DNA from: Mizuhopecten yessoensis
Taxonomy: Eukaryota
DNA: 64,000 nt
Assembly: GCF_002113885.1 (NCBI RefSeq)
Contig: NW_018480008.1
Span: 1-64,000, forward strand
Direction of reading: 5' to 3'
Shown one piece after another: positions 1 through 12,904 of this stretch; position 1 is the first letter of the stretch; each line of letters opens with the position of its first letter. A program made the translations under genes and the position numbers. Under the pieces are notes generated by a model. The model searched no databases and was not told where the DNA came from. It saw only the letters and a list, made by a program, of their open reading frames with translations.

Positions 1-1990
1 TAACCTAAGTGGCGCCACTCAGGTTTAACATTAGTCGGGTAAATAGCCAGGTATATAATTATCACCTGTCGTAGGATAACCTAAGTGGCGCCACTCAGGT
101 TTAACATGAGTCGGGTAAATAACCAGGTATATAATTATCACCTGTCCTAGGATAACCTAAGTGGGGACACTCAGGTTTAACATTAGTCAGGTAAATAGCC
201 AGGTATATAATTATCACCTGTCGTAGAATAACCTAAGTGGCGCCACTCAGGTTTAACATGAGTCGGGTAAATAACCAGGTATATAATTATCCCCTGTCCT
301 AGGATAACCTAAGTGGCGCCACTCAGGCTTAACATTAGTCGGGTAAATAGCCAGGGATATAATTATCACCTGTCGTAGGATAACCTAAGTGGTGCCACTC
401 AGGTTTAACATGAGTCGGGTAAATAACCAGGTATATAATTATCCCCTGTCCTAGGATAACCTAAGTGGCGCCACTCAGGCTTAACATTAGTCGGGTAAAT
501 AGCCAGGGATATAATTATCACCTGTCGTAGGATAACCTAAGTGGCGCCACTCAGGTTTAACATGAGTCGGGTAAATAACCAGGTATATAATTATCCCCTG
601 TCCTAGGATAACCTAAGTGGCGCCACTCAGGCTTAACATTAGTCGGGTAAATAGCCAGGGATATAATTATCACCTGTCGTAGGATAACCTAAGTGGCGCC
701 ACTCAGGTTTAACATGAGTCGGGTAAATAACCAGGTATATAATTATCCCCTGTCCTAGGATAACCTAAGTGGCGCCACTCAGGTTTAACACTAGTCGAGT
801 AAATAACCAGGTATATAATTATCACTTGTCCTAGGATAACCCTAGTGGGGACACTCAGGGTTAACATTAGTCAGGTAAATAACCAGGTATACAATTATCA
901 CCTGCCCTAGGATAACCCTAGTGGGGACACTCAGGTTTAACAGTAGTCAGGTAAATAACCAGGTATATAATTATCTCCTGTCCTAGGATAACCCTAGGGG
1001 GGACACTCAGGTTTAACATTAGTCAGGTAAATAAGCAGGTATACAATTATCACGTGTCCTAGGATAACCCTAGTGGGGATACTCAGGTTTAACATTAGTC
1101 AGGTAAATAACCAGGTATAAAATTATCACCTGTCCTAGGATAACCCTAGTGGTGCCACTCAGGTTTAACATTAGTCAGGTAAATAAGCAGGTATACAATT
1201 ATCACGTGTCCTAGGATAACCCTAGTGGGGATACTCAGGTTTAACATTAGTCAGGTAAATAACCAAGTATACAATTATCACCTGACCTAGGATATAGTCA
1301 GGTGTAATACAATCAGGTAACCAGGCACATTACCACCTCCCTAGATCAGACAAAACCTGACTCGAAATTATACTCTCAGTCATTGTATTTATGTTTCAAT
1401 GATAGTCACAATAACCTACACCAGGTATATAATTATCACCTGTCCTAGGATAACCTAAGTGGCGCCACTCAGGCTTAACATTAGTCGGGTAAATAGCCAG
1501 GGATATAATTATCACCTGTCGTAGGATAACCTAAGTGGTGCCACTCAGGTTTAACATGAGTCGGGTAAATAACCAGGTATATAATTATCACCTGTCCTAG
1601 GATAACCAAAGTGGCGCCACTCAGGTTTAACATTAGTCGGGTAAATAGCCAGGTATATAATTATCACCTGTCGTAGAATAACCTAAGTGGCGCCACTCAG
1701 GTTTAACATGAGTCGGGTAAATAACCAGGTATATAATTATCCCCTGTCCTAGGATAACCTAAGTGGCGCCACTCAGGGTTAACATTAGTCGGGGAAATAG
1801 CCAGGGATATAATTATCACCTGTCGTAGGATAACCTAAGTGGCGCCACTCAGGTTTAACATTAGTCGGGTAAATAACCAGGTATAAAATTATCACCTGTC
1901 CTAGGATAACCCTAGTGGTGCCACTCAGGTTTAACATTAGTCAGGTAAATAACCAGGTATACAATTATCACCTGACCTAGGATATACTCA
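1..1990. repeat. 76-bp tandem satellite in two blocks (1-~1290 and ~1420-~1985), with A/B alternating units
   Basis: The unit taacctaagtggcgccactcaggtttaacattagtcgggtaaatagccaggtatataattatcacctgtcgtagga recurs at 1, 77, 153 and onward. Variants alternate (attag..tagcc..gtcgtag / atgag..taacc..gtcctag). The array is cut by the window start. Confidence 0.95.
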
Positions 1991-2387
1991 GGTGTAATAC
2001 AATCAGGTAACCAGGCACATTACCACCTCCCTAGATCAGACAAAACCTGACTCGAAATTATACTCTCAGTCATTGCATTTATGTTTCAATGATAGTCACA
2101 ATAACCTACACCTCTTGGTCAAAGGTCAAATATGTGCAAAATTTAGACCATTGAAATATGTTCATGAATTCTGGAACAATAACTACATCACCTGCTGTGT
2201 GCTATATTTAGGCCACTATGACCTTCATCTCTTGGCCATTGAAATGTAAAGTAACAATACATATCTGTAGAAAAGGGTTAACATGTTTTGTTTAAAAAAA
2301 ACAAATCTCTTTGTTCACAATAACTTGTGTTGAAAGTTGCATATATGAATTTGATAAAACAAAAATCTTTATTCTTTGTGTTGACAG

Positions 2388-2570
2388 ATAGCCTTGTGGG
2401 AAGGGACACGCTACACCTTACAGTTCATCTTTCGCCATCGCCATGCCGACAAACAGCTACAACAGCCATCGTGGTCATCTGATCTTACAGTGCCTATAGA
2501 CTTTGCAGGTCATCCTCCATGTATAAACGATTCATCCAACATGTATCAACATTCATATGAAGATTTTTAA
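2388..2570 (+). CDS. Candidate terminal coding exon of an upstream gene (product unknown)
   Basis: Pyrimidine-rich acceptor ctttattctttgtgttgacag, then 60 open codons IALWEGTRYTLQFIFRHRHADKQLQQPSWSSDLTVPIDFAGHPPCINDSSNMYQHSYEDF-TAA. GC is locally higher, and several kb of AT-rich UTR-like sequence with AATAAA motifs (~6157, ~6461, ~6579) follow. Family not recognised. Confidence 0.5.
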   Translation: MALWEGTRYTLQFIFRHRHADKQLQQPSWSSDLTVPIDFAGHPPCINDSSNMYQHSYEDF

Positions 2571-4621
2571 TCCTGTACCATTTCATCATGATGCATGAAA
2601 TTATTTTTAGCCATCATCTCATGATATATTGTGACATATAAACTCATCCTGACATTTGTGTACTGTTCTGTTCTTGTGAAATTTTTCCTGATTTTATAAA
2701 TCCGGTCAGTGCCGTTGAATCTGCAATTTCAGAAACACTAGTTGAATTTATGATATCTACAATTCAACTGGTTGAATGAATCATGCCTGCTGTTCATTCG
2801 GTTGAATATGACATTTCTGCAATTAACTGATTGAGCATGCATTCACATTAATGAAATATGGATTGAATACATTTTAACTGGTTGAATTGTCAATATCTTT
2901 GGTCCCATCTTGAGATGGAACCTAAAGTTGTGTTGAATATGCAGTTCAGCTGGTTGAATTACTTTTACAGTACGACTGGTTCTGAGGTTACACATGTTAT
3001 TACAGGAACTTTAACTTATTAAACCCCTGAAGACATATTTGAACTTTTCCAATTCAAAGGTTGGAATAGTTCATTATGAAGTTTCAGGGGTATGCAGTTC
3101 CACTCTTACTATTCTAGTGTGACATAACAAGGATGAGTTCAGTTATTCAAGCCGGTAAACAAGCTCTATGTTAATTTTTTCTTTGATTTTAAATTGCAAT
3201 GTTCACAAAACGTAATGGATAAATGTAAGCTTATGTAATCATGTACGGTATAACGTCAACCTTCTTTCTGTCGAGGAAAGAAGGACTAGAAACCAGATTG
3301 TTAACTGAATCGGGATCCATGGGGGATTTGCAATAGAAGTTGTTAATATATGATTTTGTAGATAGATTCCATATAGATTTGAGTTAAATCTTTTAAAGAT
3401 AAGTTAATTTTGTAATAAGTGTACAGTTAATTCAAATACCTAACTATATGATAATATTTGCATGTTATGTTAAACATACTGAAAATGGTGTCAGAGATTG
3501 TCATGGAAGCAATTCTGGAATTCTTTGAAAAAAGTTTCAAGGAAAATCATCAAGGATTTATTTCATGATTGGTATATTCAACTAATCCCAGCTATTGGTC
3601 CTGTATGGGAGTCTGGAGTACATGGTTATTACGTGGAATGCCTTTTGCTGGGCTAACACAGATCTATAATTTAATTTAAGTGCCCACACGTAGTTATGCT
3701 TAATAAATTTCCAAATATACAGAGAAATTTATTGGTGAAAATTTGAGTGAATAGCTTACATTGATTGCAGATGAACAAACAATATTGATATGTTGCTTGA
3801 GTTGCACTTTAGCCTCTCTTGAGTCCTTTTAAGTTGCATTTTATTATTTTGAATGATCTTTGTTTTTTATATCATTATAAGCTACGGTATGTTAGGTTGT
3901 TCCTTAGGACCCTTGGCAGTGTGTCATAACATAGCAAGTCATGGATTTAGAGAACTTTTTATTTCGACTAAAACATGATGACAACTATGTTAATATAGAT
4001 TATTGATAAGTATTTTTTCTATAGGGAATGAACTTGAAACAATGGCTTGTACATAGACTTCTTTGTTGAAAACTTAGTGAGGGCAGCTACTAATTAATGA
4101 AAGCTGGATGAACTCTGGGAGATAACTCTGTCAAATCCATAATTAAACTGAAGTGGATTTCTTTTTTGTCTCAAAGTTGCCATACTCACCAAATTTCCTC
4201 TTTCAATTAATAGAACATTAAAAAAAAATCGTAATCTATAAACCAGACTTTAAAGTCAATGAATGTGCTAGATATGTATTTCACTGTAGAATCAGGGGAC
4301 ATGAGTTATCTCCACTTGTCTTCGTCTATAAGTAGTCAAGGTTTCGATAGCCAATTGACATGGCAACAGGAGGTAAGGTGACTTATTTCCAGTAACAAGA
4401 GTGCTGTATCTTAATAATATTGTTAATCCTGTCTTTGCTGACAGTAATATGTTGCCATAGTGATTGCTTCCTTTCCTGCCCATTATGACCTCTGGATAGG
4501 ATTTTTAAATGTCCTCATCGGTCCATACATTTCTAGATTTAGTCCATTTTGTGACCCTGAGGCACTTTGTGATTTATGCTGAGTAGTGAATAAAACAGCT
4601 GATTAGGATCCAAGTCATCAG

Positions 4622-4715
4622 AGTTCAAGGTCAAAGTTAGGACAATGACAGTTCAAGGTCAAAGTTAGGACAATGACAGTTCAAGGTTACTGTAAGGATT
4701 ATAAGAGTTCAAAGT
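4622..4715. repeat. Short 28-bp tandem repeat (~3 copies)
   Basis: agttcaaggtcaaagttaggacaatgac twice, plus a degenerate third copy. Confidence 0.7.
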
Positions 4716-5931
4716 TAGAGTAACCTTTTTTTTCCATGTCAGATATTGAAGTTCCAGTTGTGTTTTATCAGTCATAGTGAAATCCTGATTGGTTTGCAAT
4801 ATTAGCAATTTGCTTACAAGGACATTACTATGTCAAGCAAACTGTCATGATACTGTTTTTGTAGTCACGCATTGAGTACCTGTTTTTTATGCTGTAGATC
4901 TTCTGAATATCTTGTTTCAGAAGTCTGAAATTTGTTTTATATTACTATTATTATTCGCTATTTAAGTTTCTTTTCGTAGAAAATTATTGCTCAAATGTTG
5001 TCTTGCTTTTATTATTAATCATTTATTTTCTGTTCTGTCTTAAGATAACCAATATGCAGTAATGGTGTCAAGTATAAACTTTTAATTCAAATGATCACTA
5101 GAAGGTGATGGCTACACTACTAATATCTAATGGACAAAAAAAAAGTGTGTCTTGAGTTTATCTCCCATTATTTAATGTGCCCGCACACAGTTTAATATTT
5201 CCTTGCTATTTTTGTTGAAATAAATAACAGACATTGTGCCAAAATTTATCATAATCGGAAAGAAAATGACAAAAATCGGACAGAAGATATTTATTTGGGA
5301 TCATTACCGCATACTTGTGTTTCTGTAAGCCTTGAAAAGGCGCCTCTTCTTTAAATAACCAATGCATATTGATGAAGCCTAACATGGGCTCTCTTCTCGC
5401 AGTGTGGGGAAAGGGAGCTTACTGGTGAGGCTATATATAACAACTGTAGATCAATTTAATTTTTATTTGTACAAAATCACAAAATAAAATAATTTTTAAC
5501 TTGTAGTTGTTGTCTTTGTTATGTCTTATTAAGATAATATATAGAAGCAGAAGCTTGAGGTCATAGAAATATTATATTTACCTGCCTGTTCATTTCAGTA
5601 ATCTCTATAATACAATTCATACGTAAGTATCTCTGGGTTACTTTTCTCTCCTATATTCATCAAACTTGAGGAAATGCAAGTAAATCATATTTAGAAGAAA
5701 AAAATTGAGTTAACTGATACATTTTGCACGTTTACTGTATTTGATAAACTGTCTTTCAGAGTATTGCTTATTCAAGTGCATAGTACCTGTTTCAATGTAC
5801 ATGAAGATCTAATATAGTAAAAACATTATTACAAAATGTAAAACCATCGTTTGTTTACTAACTCATAGTACAGTAATGCTTGCTTATATAGCTCTGGATT
5901 CCTATTGTCCAATTCTCTGTTCCTGAATGGA

Positions 5932-6079
5932 TCTGGATGTCAGTACTGGTCTAGTTACATCAATAGTTCTGCTGTCAATACTGGTCTAGGTACATCAATA
6001 GTTCTGGATGTCAGTACTGGTCTAGTTACATCAATAGTTCTGCTGTCAATACTGGTCTAGTTACATCAATAGTTCTGCT
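5932..6079. repeat. 35/36-bp minisatellite (~4 copies, 71-bp dimer)
   Basis: tctggatgtcagtactggtctagttacatcaatagt alternates with tctgctgtcaatactggtctag(g/t)tacatcaatagt. Confidence 0.85.
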
Positions 6080-6962
6080 ATTCAGTATGTATACGCTAGT
6101 TTTTCAGGATAGCGGGGGTTACTAATAAACTACCGGTACAAGATCATTTTTGATCTAATAAATACACAATACATGAATCTCGATCAAGGGTGTAGCTGGG
6201 ATATAAATCTTGTGTAGGCACTTGAACAATTGACTGATAAATGTTTATATTTGTAGTTTAAGGCAATAGGTTGGTGTCACCATTTCTCAGTAGAATTTCA
6301 AATTTTCTAGTTATATTGCTTTGAAGTAAAGAATATTTTCGGCCACATTTTTTTTTTATACGTTGTCAGAATTTTTAGGATTTTAAATGGAAATTTAAGT
6401 AAAAAGGAGCGAATTTTTATGGGGGGAAAAAAGAAAAACCTTTTTTTGCAAAATAATGTCAATAAAAATGATACTGCCATAGATTAGTATTGTATCAATG
6501 TATGTCAATTTCATAAATGCTGAAATTGTGTAAAATTAATTATCTATAAATGATTAAAAATTGATTATTTTTTTTTATAATAAAACCATATACACATAGT
6601 AATTGCATGTAAGAGTTATCTTTCTTTAAAAACTTCATAGTCGTCAAATATGTAGCCGGTTCCCTGAAGTACAGAAAAATGGACACGTATGACTCGTTGA
6701 TTAAAAAAAAAACGAATTAATGCCCGAGTTGCTTTGAAATACTTTAATATTGAGAGAACACCCTGTTCTGTCAATAAAAAACATACAATATTCATCACAA
6801 CTCTAGACTCATTAGAATATGCGGAACTTGTGATACTGTCTCCCTACATGGATTTTCGACTAGGGATGTACTTCTATTTCCGTTTATCAATACACTCATT
6901 CGACCTTAACGACAATTGTTTTGAAGTTTAAATACAATCAGTTGACAAGTATACTGGCGGGC

Positions 6963-7570
6963 TTTTAGGTCACCTGAGCTTTAGCTTTTTTTCCGGGTCG
7001 ATCAAAAATCCAATTTGGCCGCTAGGGCCAGCCATTTAAAAAAAAACTATTTCAAACTTATAAGTCAAGTTCTACTGGGCCAATCTAACTGAATCTTGGT
7101 AGGAATGATCAACTTATGTTCTTGACAAAGTGTTGTTATTTTTGGGGTCGATCAGAAATCCAAAATGGCTATCACAGCCGTCATTTTAAAAAAAAGAATT
7201 CTAACTTAAAGTCAAGTTCTATGGGGCCAATTTCACTGAAACTTGGTAGGAATGACCACCAATCTAGCTGAAACTTGGTAGGAATGATCAACTGATGTTC
7301 TTGACAAAGTGTTGTTATTTTTGGGGTCAATCAGAAATCCAATATGGCTGTCACAGACGCCATTTAAATAAACTATTTCTAACTTAAAGTCAAGTTCTAT
7401 GGGACCAATTTCACTGAAACTTGGTAGGAATGATCAACTCATGGTCCTGGCAAACTTAACTTAAAGTTATTATTATCTCCACTTCATATTTCAACAACAA
7501 AAATAATACTGTATGACCCATGAGAACGCTAAGGCCCATGAGACCGCTAAGGCCCATGGGCCTCTTGTTT
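6963..7570 (+). mobile_element. Non-autonomous Helentron/HINE (DINE-1-like) element with internal tandem repeats
   Basis: 5' end ttttaggtcacctgag. Internal ~125-180-bp repeats (gaaacttggtaggaatgatcaact...cttgacaaagtgttgttatttttggggtc...agaaatccaa..tggct). 3' hairpin aggcccatgggcct followed by cttgttt. This architecture is typical of invertebrate HINEs. Confidence 0.7.
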
Positions 7571-7799
7571 AATTTAATGAATGAGTGGTAATGATCTTAA
7601 TACACTGTATGGCGATATTGGCAGGAGTTTTCAACTATTTCTCACCGACAATATCTTTTAAAATAATATATAAACGAATTGTTATCCAAAAAATTTAAAC
7701 TAAATTCAACTTTTCATTGGTGGGAGGGTGGTTCCTAGTATCAAAGAGCCAACAAAGTTACAGTGTGAACTCAAAATCGATAAAATTGGGGGGAAATAT

Positions 7800-8830
7800 G
7801 AACAAAGGCATGGAGACCCTTGAAAAATACAAGTAGAATAGGACCATGTGGCCTAGAAGGGTAAGCGTCTTCTGCGTCATCGATGACATACAGCATTTAA
7901 ATCTAGGTAGTTCTGTTACGTCCTCGTCATGAGCATTTGGGAAGTGACAACAAAACCCCTATAATGAACATAATTAAAAAACATCGGCCTTCATATCACA
8001 CAAAGAAATAGCCTATTTCACTATTACATGTAATTTATTATGGCGACCATAACACTTGCCAATAGACTACATTAATCTGCGTCTTCGGAAACTGTGCTGT
8101 CGGTAGTCGAAATCTGTGATATCAGGATGGTTGAAGAGCCAGTAGTTTCTTTAATTTCAAGCTCGAGAGGGTACATAAGCTCTACACAAGCTCGGGAGGG
8201 TACATAAGCTCTAACCAAGCTCGGGAGGGTACAAAAGCTCTACACAAGCTCGGGAGGGTACACAAGATCGATGTGGTCAATATATTTTTTGTTATTTAAC
8301 AAGACAACACATCTCGCCGATAGGAATACCTACAGACTGCTCACTGATGGAACGTTTTGCTGAACTCGTCAACGATATTTTCAAATAGGAACACAAACAT
8401 TCATCTATTTTAGTCTTTGTTGTGTTATTCACAAAATATGGTCCAAAACTATGTACAATCATACTTGTATATCGCAGTTCGCCACTCTTTTCGGAAAGAA
8501 AGTTCTCATAATAAAAGAACGAATGTGTTCCGTCTGTTTGGTATGACGAATGGAAGTTTAAAGGATGCATTTTTGAGAAGAGGATGGCATAACGGTTTGG
8601 TTGAAAAAGTTGTGTATAAGGATATTTGTAAAATTTCGGAATTAAATACAAACAGGGCAGGTCTGTATCCTTATCGTTAATGGGTAGAAGGAGAGATTGT
8701 AATACAGAAGCGTGATAAGCTAGTTTTTCGTTTGCGCAGACATAGATTAAAATATTAAATGCTTTGTCTGCAAAGTCAAATACATGCGAATTGTTGAGTG
8801 TGATTTGCACATCGGGGTCAGGAAATATAT
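7800..8830 (-). mobile_element. Degenerate Penelope-like retroelement (reverse transcriptase remnant)
   Basis: ORF 8292..8810(-) contains ADKAFNILIYVC, LPCLYLIPKFYKYPY and QSVGIPIG. These resemble the ADKAxNN, LPxLYWIPKLHKxPY and QxxGIPMG motifs of PLE reverse transcriptases. The RT core between them is deleted or scrambled. Confidence 0.6.
8158..8265. repeat. 29-bp tandem repeat (~3.7 copies)
   Basis: aagctcgggagggtacataagctctacac repeated. Confidence 0.85.
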
Positions 8831-11800
8831 GCTTTGTGTTTTCCTTCCGGACTAAATCATCTTAATTACTTAAGAAACTAAGTACTTACAGGGTAGAGGC
8901 TGTCGTCCCATCGTGCAAGGAGAATGGTCACCTTGTCATGATCTGCAAGCCTACCCCCGACTGATATCCTATGCGTGCAATTTAAAGATTGACGCCTTAC
9001 TTTGAGTAGCCTCGGAAGAGGAGACAGTTTCACTGTGAGAGGCATTCTATGACTGGGTCTCTGAACTTTTGATATTTAGAATTCTCGGGACCACAAACTT
9101 GTTCATCGTTGTGGCTTTGTCATTATTTTTAAAATAAGCTTGAAAGTTGTATAGCTCTTTCGTCTATTACAAGATTTTATGAGTGAAAAAAACCCAACTT
9201 AAACTTGTCTTTTCGTACTTTGTACTAGACCTATACAAAACGTCCTGGATATAGTATAATCTTTAAATTAAATGCATGCACATATTTGATTTTTCAACTA
9301 CTTGAAATAACACTTACAAAAAAACAAACACTTGGCAAAACTATGTGTAGGCACGTGCCTACTCGAGCCTAAGGCAACTACGCTACTGTCTGATGGTGTA
9401 AAAACTACAATTTTCAAACAATATCTGACTTATCAATAGTTGTATGTACGTCCTTGTCCAGCTCAATGCTAACCTAATCTGTTTTGAGATGAATCTACTG
9501 TTGGTGTCGAAACTACATGCCAGTACTTGTAAATAACTAAAATGATAATATAAGATATCTTAAATAGAATAACTTGTGTTGAAAGTAAACGCATACCCCA
9601 AGAAAAAATCATAAAATGTTACTATTTCCGATTACAAAATAAAGTTAATTGAGTGGGTAAATATCATGCACATTTTTTTAACTCGAAAAACGTAGTACCA
9701 TTTTTGGCATCTTATAATATCAGTTAAGTTTCAGTTGTTTGAGATATTGGAAATGTACACATTATTTTGGTCCGTTTGGTTACATCTTAGGTACACTTAA
9801 TGATCAAATTGGTAGAATAAATATATGATTTATGGGTTTACGTCAATTACGTAAAACTTGAATGTTTGAAAATTCCTTTGTACGCCACCATCTTAAAACT
9901 TTTAGAAAAAGCGTGTATAATAAACAAGGTTAATGTATTAGTTTAGTTATATTAGAATAATAGCCGAGCCGTGGCTTACAAGTTCCTTTCTATTGACATA
10001 TTTTTCCCACAATATTATTTATATAAGTCGTTTGAAATGTTCAGCCTATAGTGAAGCATACAGTCTTCAGTGTTCTCTTGGACACGGTTTAATGAAGAGA
10101 ACATAATTATTTTTCATTACTAAACGTGACTACGAATTAAACAGGTGGAAAAGAACTCAGCGTATAGGTCCAGGCCGCGTAGCTTCCTTGTCTATAAAAA
10201 GATCAGTAAAAACAACCAGGAAGTCTAAAGACGTCACGGAATAATTGTCCTTATACACTGCACTGAAGAATTGTGTTACGCTTGAAATATTATACACGAA
10301 GGCGGTACATCCTCGGTTCTGAGGATAATCATTTTTTGTGAAAAGGAAATTAAAGTGTTTCTTTGAAGTTGTAATTTGACAACATTTCCCCAATCTGATG
10401 GGCTCCGAAAGTATTTCGTGTAAAAATCAATATTTTTACTTCCTCTGTAATCAGGTCCATTTCATTCGGCGATAATTTGTCAACTTTCTGTAAACATATT
10501 CTTTAAACGTTAACAATAAAGACTAAGAAATGTTAAAATTAAACAAAATTCTAATTGCATTAAAATTAGTATACTTTTTCACCGCCGAACAGAACGAGAC
10601 GAATAATTGTTGTCCGAGTTCCAAACTGTATGCCATGATGATGCTCATCTATATCTATACCGGTATATGTATACATGTAAATGATTGACATAACATAATA
10701 TAAAGCCCGCAATCCATCTACCAAAATTAGCACACACCCAGGTATAACTTTGGAATAGGATATATGTCGGTGCCAAGTTGAGTGTGACTGATTATATTTC
10801 TAACTAAAGTTGGATTACTTTGTACTTTGTTACCTTATTTTGCCTTTCTTATTTGCTTCCATAGTGGTTTGTTTTTCTGATATTTTGGATTACACCGTGA
10901 TAATGTAATTCTATAATGTATAATAGGTGATGTCTGTTATGTTGTCCCTACCCTCACACAGAACAAAACCCCCAAAGAAACACAAGTAATAACAACACTG
11001 TCCCTCGTCCCCACCGAAAACACACACGTTATTTGAAGTTAATGATCTGTTTAATGTAGACACAAGTTGTAAGTAATATAAAAAAAATGATTACATTCAA
11101 TAATAAAAGATAAACATTTTTCCTTTGGTATGATGAGTGAAAATAATTTTGTATTTTAAAATGTTGAATAGTTTATCATAGTAATTACCCATTATCCACT
11201 ATTGTTTGTTATGGACTAAAATAGCATCTGTGATACAATATTTGTAATATTGTTTCATAGCTTGGATTTATCTCACCAAGTTAATACGATATCTTATACA
11301 TATACTGGGTCAATTTCCGGAATACATGTTTAGTTGGTTCCAGCTGAACGGCAGTGTTCCGACCTATTTCAGACAAGCCATTAATATCCAAGTCCCTTGC
11401 CGTAAACCAAACATCTATGAACGCTGTGACATCTGATTGCATATGCTTCATTTTTATTGTACTTTTCAAACCGTACGATACACAGATCAGACTATTTATA
11501 TACACAATCGGTGCGTTATTCGATCGCCACCGGTTTGTAACTCTATAATAGATATACATGTGTTAGTTTACTTGTGCGATTTTCTTCTATTTTGTTTCAC
11601 GAACATTCTGTACTATTTCAGCATCTGAACAATCGCTAAACTAAGAACACGCATTCCATTCGGGGAAAAAACGCAGCTCAATGGAAATCTGAAGACGATG
11701 TCAACTTCAGATCGAGGCAAAAATAAAGCTGTCTTTTTGGTCAGCAACTTCAGAAGGTCAATTTGTTCTTTTTATTGACAAGGAGACCAGCTGAATTTCT

Positions 11801-11929
11801 TCATTACGAGGTTCAATGAAGCGGTCACTGGGATATGAACTCAATCTATGTGTATGATACAGCGACTGGATGTAGATATCTAGTATAGGTTTACCGTTAC
11901 GAGATATACTTTCTCGGTGTTGATTCGTA

Positions 11930-12904
11930 TCATTTGTTTACATGTGTGGCATAGATATTTTCGCCTGCTTTCCTTGTATTAGATAAGTGCTCTTTCCTCT
12001 TCTTATTCGGCATTTCATAACTGTCAAAATTATACTTTCCGAAATCTGTAAATCCCTCTGCGCGACTCTTCCGAAAGTCGTCTGTTCCTCTATTTCTTGA
12101 CTTTCCTAAGTCACCGTCATCCCATTGGGGGAAATTCCAGTCGTTATCCGTTCCCGAAGGTTTGGGTGAATGTTTCTCCGCGCCAAATGTTCGATCCCTG
12201 TTGTAATCATCTGACTGCCACTTCCGGCTTTTGCCAAGGTTGTCCACTTCCCACTGGCCTGGCTTCTTCACACGATCGTCCTCCCAATCTGTCCTGTTCT
12301 CTCTTATTTCATCAGCATGCTTATAGCGACTTTTCCTCAAGTCATCTGCGTACCATCTTCGATTTTTTTCGTCGTCGTTTGCCTCACTCTTCAGGTGTTT
12401 ATCGTACTGGTCCGGTGACCTTCTCTGATCTACCTCAGGTCCAAGTCCCCGAGTTCTTCTGAAATCAGCGTCATCCTTGGTAGAAAATTCATCTTTTGTC
12501 GACGAAACGTCCTGTTCCGATTTGGCAATGGCATTTGACATTGTCTCAAGAAATTCCGAAACATTGGCATTCATTGATGTCTTTGCTCTTGGTATTCCAA
12601 AAACAAAGTACATATTTTCCGGAAGAATGTTAAAATGTTGAACGCCATGTCCTTTTGCACCATATTCGTTTTGGAGTCGTCTGCCATTTGTGTCACTTGC
12701 AGGGTCAACTATTACGGAAGTAACCATACTGTCCATAGGAAGATCTAATCGTCTTGTAAATTCTTTGTTGGAATCCCTTTCTTTTCGGACTTCTTGTGAT
12801 ATTTCACGGTTGACCCAAAGTCTAAACATTGTCCACCTATGGATTTTATCCTTTCCCATGCCGTCGGTTGAGTTTTGCACTATCGGGGCATCCATTGGAT
12901 CTTC
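11930..12904 (-). CDS. Terminal exon of the orphan gene (324 aa, D/R/K-rich, 11-mer repeats)
   Basis: The 321-aa ORF extends by EDP to the acceptor ttcgttttag at 12905-12906. Confidence 0.8.
   Translation of the reverse strand, partial: EDPMDAPIVQNSTDGMGKDKIHRWTMFRLWVNREISQEVRKERDSNKEFTRRLDLPMDSMVTSVIVDPASDTNGRRLQNEYGAKGHGVQHFNILPENMYFVFGIPRAKTSMNANVSEFLETMSNAIAKSEQDVSSTKDEFSTKDDADFRRTRGLGPEVDQRRSPDQYDKHLKSEANDDEKNRRWYADDLRKSRYKHADEIRENRTDWEDDRVKKPGQWEVDNLGKSRKWQSDDYNRDRTFGAEKHSPKPSGTDNDWNFPQWDDGDLGKSRNRGTDDFRKSRAEGFTDFGKYNFDSYEMPNKKRKEHLSNTRKAGENIYATHVNK

Noticed and set aside
1-2112. Palindromic regular repeats resembling a CRISPR array
   Set aside because: The units are head-to-tail with no unique spacers, there are no cas genes, and the context is intron-containing eukaryotic DNA.
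9560-10620. Possible DNA transposon remnant, including ORF 10157-10393
   Set aside because: I could not identify terminal repeats or a recognisable protein motif.
11930-12904. Neuropeptide precursor interpretation (many GK, RK and RR sites)
   Set aside because: There is no repeated conserved amidated peptide and no confirmed signal peptide. Basic pairs are expected in such a K/R-rich sequence.
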